DNA of 64,000 nt from an uncultured Pseudomonadales bacterium. GTDB lineage: Bacteria > Patescibacteriota > Microgenomatia > UBA1400 > UBA12108. Shown here piece by piece: positions 31,321 through 39,538 of this stretch. Under the pieces are notes generated by a model. It made no database searches. It was not told where the DNA came from and saw only the letters and a program-made list of their open reading frames with translations. The stretch's first letter is position 1. Each line of letters begins with the position of its first letter. Both the position numbers and the translations under genes were made by a program. The DNA lies in NCBI GenBank assembly GCA_964347565.1, contig CAYFZD010000001.1, positions 3,019 through 67,018 of the forward strand, written 5' to 3'.

Positions 31321-32090
31321 ATTTATCGATTGCCCTCGCCGTTTACAACGAAGCCGATAATCTCAGACAATGTCTCGACAGCGTCAAAGCGATTGCGGAT
31401 GAGATCGTGATCGTCGACGGGGAGTCCACCGATTCGACAGTAGCCATTGCCAAAGAGTTTGGGGCCAAAGTATTAAGTGAAGAGAATCGTCCCAACTTCC
31501 ACATCAACAAACAACACGCTATCGACGCTTGTAGCGGCGACTGGATCCTCCAGCTCGACGCCGACGAGCGCGTCTCCACTGCCTTGGCTACCGAGATCAA
31601 GCGTGTGATCAGTGACAAAATGACCAATCCTCCCTCAGCCTACTATCTCAAACGCCGCAACTATTACCTCGGACGCTGGATGAACAAGGGAGGGATGTAT
31701 CCAGACCCTGTTATCCGCCTGTTCCAAAAAGGCCAAGCAAGTCTCCCCCAAGCTAGTGTGCACGAGCTAATGTCAGTCACTGGTACCACCGCTTGGCTCC
31801 AAGAGGATCTACTCCATATCGCTGACCCCAGTTTTGCCCGCTACCTCTTGCGCAGCAACCGCTACACGACCCTCCAGGCTGAGGATTGGCTCAAAGAGGG
31901 GAAGCTGGGCACAGATACTTGGACTCTCTTGCGCTATATGATCCTCAAGCCCTTCTGGCAATTCTGCCTCATCTATTTCCGCCACAAGGGTTTTCAAGAC
32001 GGTTTTCCTGGGTTTGTTTTCGCTTGGTATTCTGGACTCCATCTGGCCAGTTCTTACGTTAAATACTGGGAAAAGAAATCGGCCAAGTAA
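31317..32090 (+). CDS. GT2 glycosyltransferase, WaaE/KdtX-like subfamily
   Basis: LSIALAVYNEADNL, IVIVDGESTDST, LDADERV and tail GFQDGFPGFVFAWYSG. ATGA overlap with upstream gene. Confidence 0.75.
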   Translation: MNLSIALAVYNEADNLRQCLDSVKAIADEIVIVDGESTDSTVAIAKEFGAKVLSEENRPNFHINKQHAIDACSGDWILQLDADERVSTALATEIKRVISDKMTNPPSAYYLKRRNYYLGRWMNKGGMYPDPVIRLFQKGQASLPQASVHELMSVTGTTAWLQEDLLHIADPSFARYLLRSNRYTTLQAEDWLKEGKLGTDTWTLLRYMILKPFWQFCLIYFRHKGFQDGFPGFVFAWYSGLHLASSYVKYWEKKSAK

Positions 32091-32091
32091 T

Positions 32092-34422
32092 ATGCGAAAA
32101 TCATGGGCCTCACATTTACCTTGGCTCTTAATAATTACTGTTGTAGCTATCTTTCTCACCCGCAATCTTTGGGGTACGCGTGCCTGGATAGAAACGCACG
32201 ATGGGATCTTTCATTTGATCAGGCAAGACGCCTTTGTCGATTCCTTCCGTAGCGGCCATTTTCCAGTTCGCTGGGCTGGCTCGCTCGATAACGGCTTTGG
32301 TCTGCCAATCTTTAACTATATATACCCGGGTCCCTACTATCTGGGGACACCACTATCACTGCTGGGACTCAGTGCCAAATGGGTGATTAAGCTGGTCGAG
32401 ATCTCACTCTATCTCTTGGGAGGAATCGGGATCTACACGCTATTTGCCCGCCGCCACAAGCTCTATGCCACCCTCTGTGCACTGCTCTATCTGACGACAC
32501 CCTATTTGCTCCTCAATCTTTTTGTGCGAGGCGCCCTAGGCGAGTTTATGGCGATCTCACTGATACCTTGGGTGTTAGTCTCCCTCATGGATATGCGCTC
32601 TCGCCAAACACTCGCTTGGTACCACCCACTCCCTTACTTCCTCTTGTTTATCAGTCACAATTTTTTGAGTTTTCTCTTTCTCCCGATATACCTCGCCATC
32701 ATATTTTTAGATCGAACTGCTCTCAAGATCGTGATCAAGAGTCTGTTTCTCTCTCTCTTACTCTCAGCCTTTTTTATAGTTCCCATGGTTTTCGAGCGTG
32801 ACTTACTCTACTCGGTTTCCACCGGCAATTTTACCTATAATTTTGCCGATCACTTTGTCTACCCCATGCAGCTTATCTACTCAAAATGGGGGATTGGTCA
32901 CTCCTATGCAGGCACGGGCGACGGGTTCTCGTTTGGACTCGGATTTGCGAATTTAGCCGTACTTTTCACCTCGTTGATCACCCTTTATCTCCGTCGAAGT
33001 CGCGATCTCTTCACTTACACAGGCCTGACTCTAATCGTTATTTTTTTCTTACTCCCTCTATCGCTCCCTATCTGGAAGATGTTACACCCTCTCCAAATCA
33101 TTCAGTTTCCCTGGCGTCTCCTGTCACTCACCACCATTACTATCCCGCTACTATCATTCTTCCTCCTAATGACGTATCACAAGTCTCGCTACCTACCCGC
33201 CGTTGCCACTGGGCTAATTGTCTTTAATCTCTATTTTGCTTCTCTTTACTCCACTCCCGCGTATTTCCAGAACAACGATCAGCTCGCTAACCAGTTATAT
33301 GTTCACTCAGGACAAACTACCACCTCATCTCGCCTGGAGATGCTACCTCGTTGGTCGCCACTTGAAGCGAGATGGATGGGGGAAGAGAACATGCGCATCG
33401 ATCAAGGTTCTTCGCAGATAACTTCCTCTAGCTCCACAGCAAGCAACCTGTCCTTTACCGCAGATGCCAACATGGAAGGCGTTGTATATCGTATTCGTCG
33501 TAATTATTTCCCCTCTTGGGTCGTCCGTGACGAGACGGGGATTAGTTATGCACTCAAGCCCACAGACGATGGAGAAATCAATTTTACAGGTAGATCTGGC
33601 CTCCACACTTACTCGGCTTATGTCGGCAGTACGAGAATCGAACTTCTAGCCAACTGGCTCAGTTTATTTACTCTTATCTATTTACTTAGTATGGCCCTAC
33701 GTCCCAAATTCAAAGATTATCTCGATTCTCGTTTTACGGGTTGGGATATCTCAATTGCCCTCCGCTATCTACCCATAGTGGATGCGCTAAAAAAAATCGC
33801 ACGTCCAAGTGACAAAATCCTCGAAGTTGGTTCCGAAATCACCGGCATTACTCCCTACTATAAGCGCCTTATTACTGGTCTAGATCAAGGCTTTGATTAC
33901 AAGAGGAGCAACAAATACTTAACACCTGTCGAGGGTAGCGCGACGAGCATGCCGTTTAAAGATCGTTCGTTCGATTACGTTATTTCTGTTGATTGTCTCG
34001 AACATATTCCCCCCAAATTACGTGCCAAAGCCGTTAAAGAAATGTTTAGAGTAGCCAAGAAGCAAATTTATCTTACCTTTCCGGTAGGCTCTCACTCTCA
34101 GAATATTGATAAAAGACTAGATCAATATTTCTACGAAAGAAACGGAGAACATTTTACCTATCTCACTGAGCACGTCGATTACGGCCTACCCGGTTTCGAC
34201 TTTATTCCAAATCTAGTAGCCGAGCATGCTGATTGGCAATTAAAAGTCCATGGTAATACAAGCACCTGGCTCTGGGTTCTCCTGCTAAAAATGGGCTTCT
34301 CTAATGTTCCTTGGCAAACGAGTATTTACAGACGTTTGCTCTTACTCCTTCCGCTCCTCAAACACTTTAATTTTGCGCCATGCTATAGGCAGTTATATAT
34401 CATTACCAGGGTTAGCGTATGA
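32092..34422 (+). CDS. Fusion: HD-motif polytopic membrane domain (family C) + C-terminal class I SAM-dependent methyltransferase
   Basis: N-terminal ~560 aa are paralogous to 12026-13480. C-terminal ILEVGSEITGITPYY...FDYVISVDCLEHIPP matches the Methyltransf_11-type motifs I and post-I. The tracked ORF start at 32014 overlaps the upstream gene; the Met at 32092 immediately follows its stop. Confidence 0.65.
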   Translation: MRKSWASHLPWLLIITVVAIFLTRNLWGTRAWIETHDGIFHLIRQDAFVDSFRSGHFPVRWAGSLDNGFGLPIFNYIYPGPYYLGTPLSLLGLSAKWVIKLVEISLYLLGGIGIYTLFARRHKLYATLCALLYLTTPYLLLNLFVRGALGEFMAISLIPWVLVSLMDMRSRQTLAWYHPLPYFLLFISHNFLSFLFLPIYLAIIFLDRTALKIVIKSLFLSLLLSAFFIVPMVFERDLLYSVSTGNFTYNFADHFVYPMQLIYSKWGIGHSYAGTGDGFSFGLGFANLAVLFTSLITLYLRRSRDLFTYTGLTLIVIFFLLPLSLPIWKMLHPLQIIQFPWRLLSLTTITIPLLSFFLLMTYHKSRYLPAVATGLIVFNLYFASLYSTPAYFQNNDQLANQLYVHSGQTTTSSRLEMLPRWSPLEARWMGEENMRIDQGSSQITSSSSTASNLSFTADANMEGVVYRIRRNYFPSWVVRDETGISYALKPTDDGEINFTGRSGLHTYSAYVGSTRIELLANWLSLFTLIYLLSMALRPKFKDYLDSRFTGWDISIALRYLPIVDALKKIARPSDKILEVGSEITGITPYYKRLITGLDQGFDYKRSNKYLTPVEGSATSMPFKDRSFDYVISVDCLEHIPPKLRAKAVKEMFRVAKKQIYLTFPVGSHSQNIDKRLDQYFYERNGEHFTYLTEHVDYGLPGFDFIPNLVAEHADWQLKVHGNTSTWLWVLLLKMGFSNVPWQTSIYRRLLLLLPLLKHFNFAPCYRQLYIITRVSV

Positions 34423-35450
34423 AAATCGCCATTTGCACTAGCCCACTCAAAAACAGCAGTAAAACGCGTGGGGTCGGGGTCTACACGCGCGAGCTCGTGA
34501 ACGCTCTACGCACCAGCTTCCCCACAGACCAGTTTATCGAGACTACGGGCAATCCCTATCAAAGCGGGATTGACCTCGTGCACTACCCCTTCTTTGATCC
34601 CTATTTTTTGACCCTGCCCTGGCGTTATTCGCTCCCCACCCTCATCACAATCCACGACCTCATTCCCCTCAAATATCCCACTCATTTCCCCGCGGGATTA
34701 CGTGGGCGACTCAAATGGGAGGTCCAAAAGATGAGGGCCCGAGCATCTGCTGGGATCATCACCGACTCTCTTAGCTCCGCAACGGATATTCAAGAGATAT
34801 TAAAAATTAAAGAAAACCGTATCCACGTGATCCCCTTGGCGTCTGCTACCGCTCGGACTGCCATGTCTCTTGCTCCTAAAATAAAAAAACTCTACCATCT
34901 TCCCGACCGCTATATTCTCTACGTAGGTGACGTCAACTGGAACAAAAATATCCCAGGACTAATCGACGCTTTCGCCAAGTTAGACAACTCCTCGACTCAT
35001 TTAGTGTTGGTGGGTAAAGTTTTTGCCGATAAGCCAGATATCCCAGAATTCAAAGTGGTGATGGAAGCCATAAAAAAATCTGGCAAATCAGAACTAATTC
35101 ATCTCATTGGCTACGTCCCTAGTCACCACCTCTCTGGGATTTACCGGGAAGCCACGCTCTACTGCCAGCCCTCCTGGGACGAGGGGTTCGGCCTCCCGAT
35201 CCTCGAGGCTATGAAAGCCGGCTGCCCGGTGGTAAGTAGTAATCGCGGCAGTCTGCCCGAGGTGGGAGGGGAGGCTGCACTTTATTTTAACCCTAGCTCA
35301 AATGAGCTCCCAGGAGTTTTACAATCACTCCTCTCCTCTCCCGCCAAGCGGGATTCACTCAAAGAGGCGGGTCTCCTCCAAGTCAAACAATTTACTTGGG
35401 ACAAAACTGCCAAACTGACCAGGGAGATTTATGCCCAAATGGTTGGTTGA
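34419..35450 (+). CDS. GT4 glycosyltransferase
   Basis: GFGLPILEAMKAGCPVVSSNRGSLPEVGGEAA signature. ATGA overlap with upstream gene. Confidence 0.85.
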   Translation: MKIAICTSPLKNSSKTRGVGVYTRELVNALRTSFPTDQFIETTGNPYQSGIDLVHYPFFDPYFLTLPWRYSLPTLITIHDLIPLKYPTHFPAGLRGRLKWEVQKMRARASAGIITDSLSSATDIQEILKIKENRIHVIPLASATARTAMSLAPKIKKLYHLPDRYILYVGDVNWNKNIPGLIDAFAKLDNSSTHLVLVGKVFADKPDIPEFKVVMEAIKKSGKSELIHLIGYVPSHHLSGIYREATLYCQPSWDEGFGLPILEAMKAGCPVVSSNRGSLPEVGGEAALYFNPSSNELPGVLQSLLSSPAKRDSLKEAGLLQVKQFTWDKTAKLTREIYAQMVG

Positions 35451-36474
35451 TATTTTCTCATCGACCATTAACCATTGGCCATTAGCCATTAGTTTTCCAT
35501 ACTACGATACTGATCTTGCCCCCTTTTATTCTCGCTTCTGGGCCACTTTTGCGCATTTTGACGGGATTCATTACTTGCGTATCGCACAACATGGATACGC
35601 CGACTGGGGTAGCCAGGCCTTTTTCCCCCTCTACCCGCTCCTAGTCCATCTACTCTCGCCCTTGTCTCCCTCGCCCCTAGCGGCAGGACTCTTTATTTCC
35701 TGGGCCTCGCTAATTTTTGCCATTGTAGGATTGCGTCGCCTTTTCCCTACTAGACCTCATTTGTTTTGGCTTGTGCTCGCTTTCCCCACGGCCTTTTTCT
35801 TTTTTACTGTTTATACCGAGTCTCTCTTTTTCGCGCTCTCTATTTGGTTTTTTGTCTTTTTATCACGTCAAAAATGGTGGCTCGCCGCTCTCCTCGCTGG
35901 TCTCGCTTCGGCCACCCGCCTGGTCGGTGTTTTCCTCGCCCTTAGTCTCTTGATCGAACTCTTCCGTCACCCATTATCCATGATCCATCGATCATTTATT
36001 GTCCTTTTCTCTGTCTCTGGACTTCTTGCCTACATGTATTTCCTATACCAGACAACCGGTGATCCACTCCTGTTCTTTCACGTCCAACCTATCTTTGGTG
36101 GAGGCAGGAGTGGGGGAGAGCTGATTCTGCTGCCCCAAGTCATATATCGCTACGCCAAAATTTTACTCACGACTAGCTACGACACTTTTGTTTTTTGGCG
36201 CTCATTTCTCGAACTTGGCTTCCTTACTTGGGCACTGTCATCTATTATTAAAAAGTTTAAAACCATACCTCTCTCTGCCAACTTCTATCTCATTCTCTCA
36301 GTTATCTTGCCCACGCTCTCTGGCTCCCTCTCATCCCTCCCTCGTTATCTCCTCGTCCTGACCCCTTGGCTATTGCCAGAGAGTAAGAGGGGGATACTGC
36401 TATACCTCGCCCTCGCCATCCCCCTGTTTGTACTTCTGATCTTACAGTTCGCAAGGGGTATATTTGTGAGCTAG
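35431..36474 (+). CDS. PIG-V-like polytopic membrane protein (family A paralog)
   Basis: HFDGIHYLRIAQHGYADWGSQAFFPLYPLLVHLLS plus about 9 TM helices. Confidence 0.6.
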   Translation: MPKWLVDIFSSTINHWPLAISFPYYDTDLAPFYSRFWATFAHFDGIHYLRIAQHGYADWGSQAFFPLYPLLVHLLSPLSPSPLAAGLFISWASLIFAIVGLRRLFPTRPHLFWLVLAFPTAFFFFTVYTESLFFALSIWFFVFLSRQKWWLAALLAGLASATRLVGVFLALSLLIELFRHPLSMIHRSFIVLFSVSGLLAYMYFLYQTTGDPLLFFHVQPIFGGGRSGGELILLPQVIYRYAKILLTTSYDTFVFWRSFLELGFLTWALSSIIKKFKTIPLSANFYLILSVILPTLSGSLSSLPRYLLVLTPWLLPESKRGILLYLALAIPLFVLLILQFARGIFVS

Positions 36475-36488
36475 GATATACTAGTTAT

Positions 36489-37574
36489 ATGAAAAAAGAT
36501 TTGTTGATCATCACGCTGCTATTCACATTTATTTCCTTGGTATTTTTTCTCTTCGCCAAAACTACGAGGGGAGGACTAGACAGTGTCTACAAAGCCTGGG
36601 ATGGGCCCAGCTATGTGATCGTCGCAGAGAGCCTCTATGTCCCCTCAGACGCTGTCTTGTACAACAGTATTCAGTCACCAGATATCCGCCCAGATTTTAC
36701 TTTCCTCCCCGCGCATTTCCCCCTTTACCCCCTCCTCATCCGGACATTCTCCCCCATTGGCTACTATCAAGCCATGCTCTTCGTCTCGCTTCTTTTTAGT
36801 CTCGCGACTCTGTTGGTCTTCTACCTGCTCGCTCGTCAACTGGGTCTCTCTGCCCCACTGCTGTTGACCTTGCCGATGATCCTCTTGCCACCCCGCTGGT
36901 TTATCATCGCCCATACCGGTAGCTCAGAACCCATTTTTTTCTTTTTTGTTTTGACCAGCCTCTTGTTTTATTTTCGTCGCCTCCCCTGGGCATCCGCGCT
37001 CGCGGCGAGCCTGGCTATGCTGACGCGTCCCCAAGGAGCTCTCCTGGGGCTCGGCTATCTCTTTATTGCTCTCATTCACCTCTACCGCTCTAGAGATCTA
37101 CGGCTCATCTTAAAGCGATACACCCAATACCTCCTCATCCCGCTCACCCTCCTCGCTGTATTTTGGTTCTATCAGCGCCAGACGGGAGATTTTTGGGCTT
37201 TCTTCTCAGCGATCTCGATTTTTCACCATTTTAGACTCAGCCTCTTCCCGACTTTTAATTTTGGGGCGCCTAATATCGAGACCTTTTGGCTTGAGGCCAA
37301 TGTGCTCTACTATTTCCTCTATCTTGCAGCCATCTTACGTTTGTATCACTCTGGTAAGTGGCAATTGGGGACCATCGGTCTCGTCTTTTATCTACCTCTT
37401 TTATTCCTCCAACACACCGACATCAGTCGCTACGCACTCCCCCTGATGCCGCTGGTCTTTATCGCTTTTGCGCAAGGTATGGCGAGCATGCCATTCAACC
37501 TCGCCACCATCCTCAGCATCCCGTCGATCTTCCTCTACACCACCAACTTTATTCTCTATAATCGCGCGCCCTGA
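36489..37574 (+). CDS. PIG-V-like polytopic membrane protein (family A paralog, divergent)
   Basis: AWDGPSYVIVAESLY...AHFPLYPLLIRTFSP plus about 9 TM helices. Confidence 0.55.
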   Translation: MKKDLLIITLLFTFISLVFFLFAKTTRGGLDSVYKAWDGPSYVIVAESLYVPSDAVLYNSIQSPDIRPDFTFLPAHFPLYPLLIRTFSPIGYYQAMLFVSLLFSLATLLVFYLLARQLGLSAPLLLTLPMILLPPRWFIIAHTGSSEPIFFFFVLTSLLFYFRRLPWASALAASLAMLTRPQGALLGLGYLFIALIHLYRSRDLRLILKRYTQYLLIPLTLLAVFWFYQRQTGDFWAFFSAISIFHHFRLSLFPTFNFGAPNIETFWLEANVLYYFLYLAAILRLYHSGKWQLGTIGLVFYLPLLFLQHTDISRYALPLMPLVFIAFAQGMASMPFNLATILSIPSIFLYTTNFILYNRAP

Positions 37575-37596
37575 TTTTGCTCTATAATACATATCT

Positions 37597-38364
37597 ATGT
37601 CACTCTCTCATTACGCCGAACTAGTGCGCGAGCTCTCCATCCGCGAGATCAAGGCCCGTTACAAGCAATCTGTCCTGGGTTATGCCTGGGTCATTTTGAA
37701 TCCATTTTTCCAGATGCTCGTGATGTCTTTTGTCTTCTCCAAAATCCTGCGATTCCCCACCCTCGGCGTACCCTATGCCATCTTTCTCTACGCTGGGCTC
37801 TTGCCCTGGAATTTGTTTGCTAACTCCCTAGTCAGTAGTACCAACGCTCTCGTCAGTAACGCCTCTCTACTCACGAAGATTTACTTCCCGAGGGAAATCT
37901 TCATCATTAGTACGACCCTCGCCAAGATCGTGGACTTTTTCCTCGCTTCCACAGTCTTCATTCTCTTTATGATTTTTTATCAACTCCCTATTACCTGGAA
38001 TATCCTCTGGTTCATCCCGATTTTCGCCATCCAGCAGCTCTTTACCTATGGTCTCTCTCTCATCCTCGCCTCGCTCAATCTTTTCTACCGAGACATCCAG
38101 TATGTGCTGACCCTGATCGTCATGGTCTGGATGTATTTAACTCCCGTTATCTACCCTACCGAGATCTTCCCCGAGCAATATAAGTGGATCTTCCAGCTCA
38201 ATCCCATGGCCGTGATCATCAACGCGTACAGGCAGACCATCCTGGGAGGGGGTATGCCCAATCTCACGAGTCTGGGGATCGGTCTCTTCGTTTCCCTCCT
38301 TGTCACCTTCGTTGGCATCAAACTATTTAAAAAATTAGAAGGGGTCTTTGCGGATGTAGTGTAG
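37597..38364 (+). CDS. wzm: ABC-2 type polysaccharide/teichoic-acid exporter permease (Wzm/TagG-like)
   Basis: LSIREIKARYKQSVLGYAWVILNPFFQML is the canonical ABC-2 N-terminus. 6 TM helices. Confidence 0.8.
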   Translation: MSLSHYAELVRELSIREIKARYKQSVLGYAWVILNPFFQMLVMSFVFSKILRFPTLGVPYAIFLYAGLLPWNLFANSLVSSTNALVSNASLLTKIYFPREIFIISTTLAKIVDFFLASTVFILFMIFYQLPITWNILWFIPIFAIQQLFTYGLSLILASLNLFYRDIQYVLTLIVMVWMYLTPVIYPTEIFPEQYKWIFQLNPMAVIINAYRQTILGGGMPNLTSLGIGLFVSLLVTFVGIKLFKKLEGVFADVV

Positions 38365-38397
38365 TCGCTTTGCGACATGGCTAATGATTAATGACTT

Positions 38398-38784
38398 ATG
38401 ACTAATATCGACAAAAATAAATATCTTAAGTTCGAAGAACTTCCCGTATGGAAGATTAGTTATCAACTAGCCTTGAATATTTACCGTGCTACAATGAATT
38501 TTCCAAAGGCAGAAGTATTTGGATTAACATCACAGATCAGACGATCCTCTTCTTCTGTTGGGGCAAATATTGCTGAAGGATTTTATAAAAATACTACTCC
38601 AGATCTAGTTCACTTCCTGTACATCGCACGAGGATCTGCAGGAGAAACACTACATCACCTTATGATGTCATACGATTTGAAATATATATCTGACGAGGAT
38701 TTTGTTTCTCTCAAAGACCAAGTAGAAAATACGCTTAGACAACTTTCCGCTTGGATAAAATCATTGGAAAATAAGCATCAATAG
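38398..38784 (+). CDS. Four-helix-bundle protein (23S rRNA intervening-sequence protein family)
   Basis: 128 aa. LPVWKISYQLALNIYRATMNFPK...GANIAEGF...YIARGSAGE pattern of the TIGR02436-type family. AT-rich relative to its neighbours. Inserted between wzm and wzt. Confidence 0.65.
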   Translation: MTNIDKNKYLKFEELPVWKISYQLALNIYRATMNFPKAEVFGLTSQIRRSSSSVGANIAEGFYKNTTPDLVHFLYIARGSAGETLHHLMMSYDLKYISDEDFVSLKDQVENTLRQLSAWIKSLENKHQ

Positions 38785-38785
38785 T

Positions 38786-39538
38786 ATGACCATAAATTTA
38801 GCCATCAGCCATCAGTCATCATCCATTAAAATAACTAACGTAAGTAAGTTATTTTTCAAGCAGGAGCAGAAAACGTTCAAAGAATTCTTGCCCGCCATCT
38901 TCACGGGCAAGAAAACAAGGGAGTGGTTCTGGGCACTCCAGGATATCAATCTGGAAATCAGGGCAGGGGAGACGCTCGGGATCATGGGACCCAATGGGAG
39001 CGGCAAGTCCACCCTCCTCAAGCTGATCGCTGGCGTCTCCCAGCCCACCAAAGGGACTATCACCGCGTTGGGTAGGGTAGCCCCCCTCATCGAGCTCGCG
39101 GCCGGGTTCCACCCCGAGCTCACCGGGCGCGAGAACGTTTATCTCAATGGCATCATCTTGGGTATGTCGCGCGCAGAGGTTGCGGACAAATTTAAGACCA
39201 TCGTCGATTTTGCCGAGCTTTGGGACTTTATCGACTCGCCGGTCAAGCACTACTCCTCTGGTATGTACCTGCGCCTCGCCTTTTCCGTGGCCATCCATAC
39301 TGACCCAGATATTCTCTTACTCGACGAGATCTTGGCGGTAGGGGATGAGCAGTTCCAGGCCAAATGCTTTGCCAAACTACGATCTCTCCAAAAACAAGGG
39401 AAAACCATCATCTACGTCTCACATGACAGCCAATCGGTCCGTGATTTTTGCACTAGGGCTATTCTGATTACCAAATCTAGGATAATCAAGGACGCCACCC
39501 CAAAAGTTATTTGTGATCTCTACTCTGCGCAGTCATAA
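38786..39538 (+). CDS. wzt: ABC exporter ATP-binding protein (Wzt/TagH-like, short form)
   Basis: Walker A GPNGSGKSTLLK, signature YSSGMYLRLAF and Walker B ILLLDEILAVGD. No C-terminal carbohydrate-binding extension. Confidence 0.85.
   Translation: MTINLAISHQSSSIKITNVSKLFFKQEQKTFKEFLPAIFTGKKTREWFWALQDINLEIRAGETLGIMGPNGSGKSTLLKLIAGVSQPTKGTITALGRVAPLIELAAGFHPELTGRENVYLNGIILGMSRAEVADKFKTIVDFAELWDFIDSPVKHYSSGMYLRLAFSVAIHTDPDILLLDEILAVGDEQFQAKCFAKLRSLQKQGKTIIYVSHDSQSVRDFCTRAILITKSRIIKDATPKVICDLYSAQS

Noticed and set aside
37584-37589. TATAAT hexamer 8 nt upstream of wzm ATG as a -10 promoter element
   Set aside because: There is no room for a -35 element or spacer outside the upstream coding sequence. 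The placement 8 nt from the ATG would imply a near-leaderless transcript. In an AT-containing intergenic spacer a single hexamer match is not significant.
38398-38784. Presence of an rRNA gene or intervening sequence around the four-helix-bundle ORF
   Set aside because: No rRNA-like sequence flanks it; it sits between wzm and wzt coding sequences. Only the protein family association with 23S IVS is retained.
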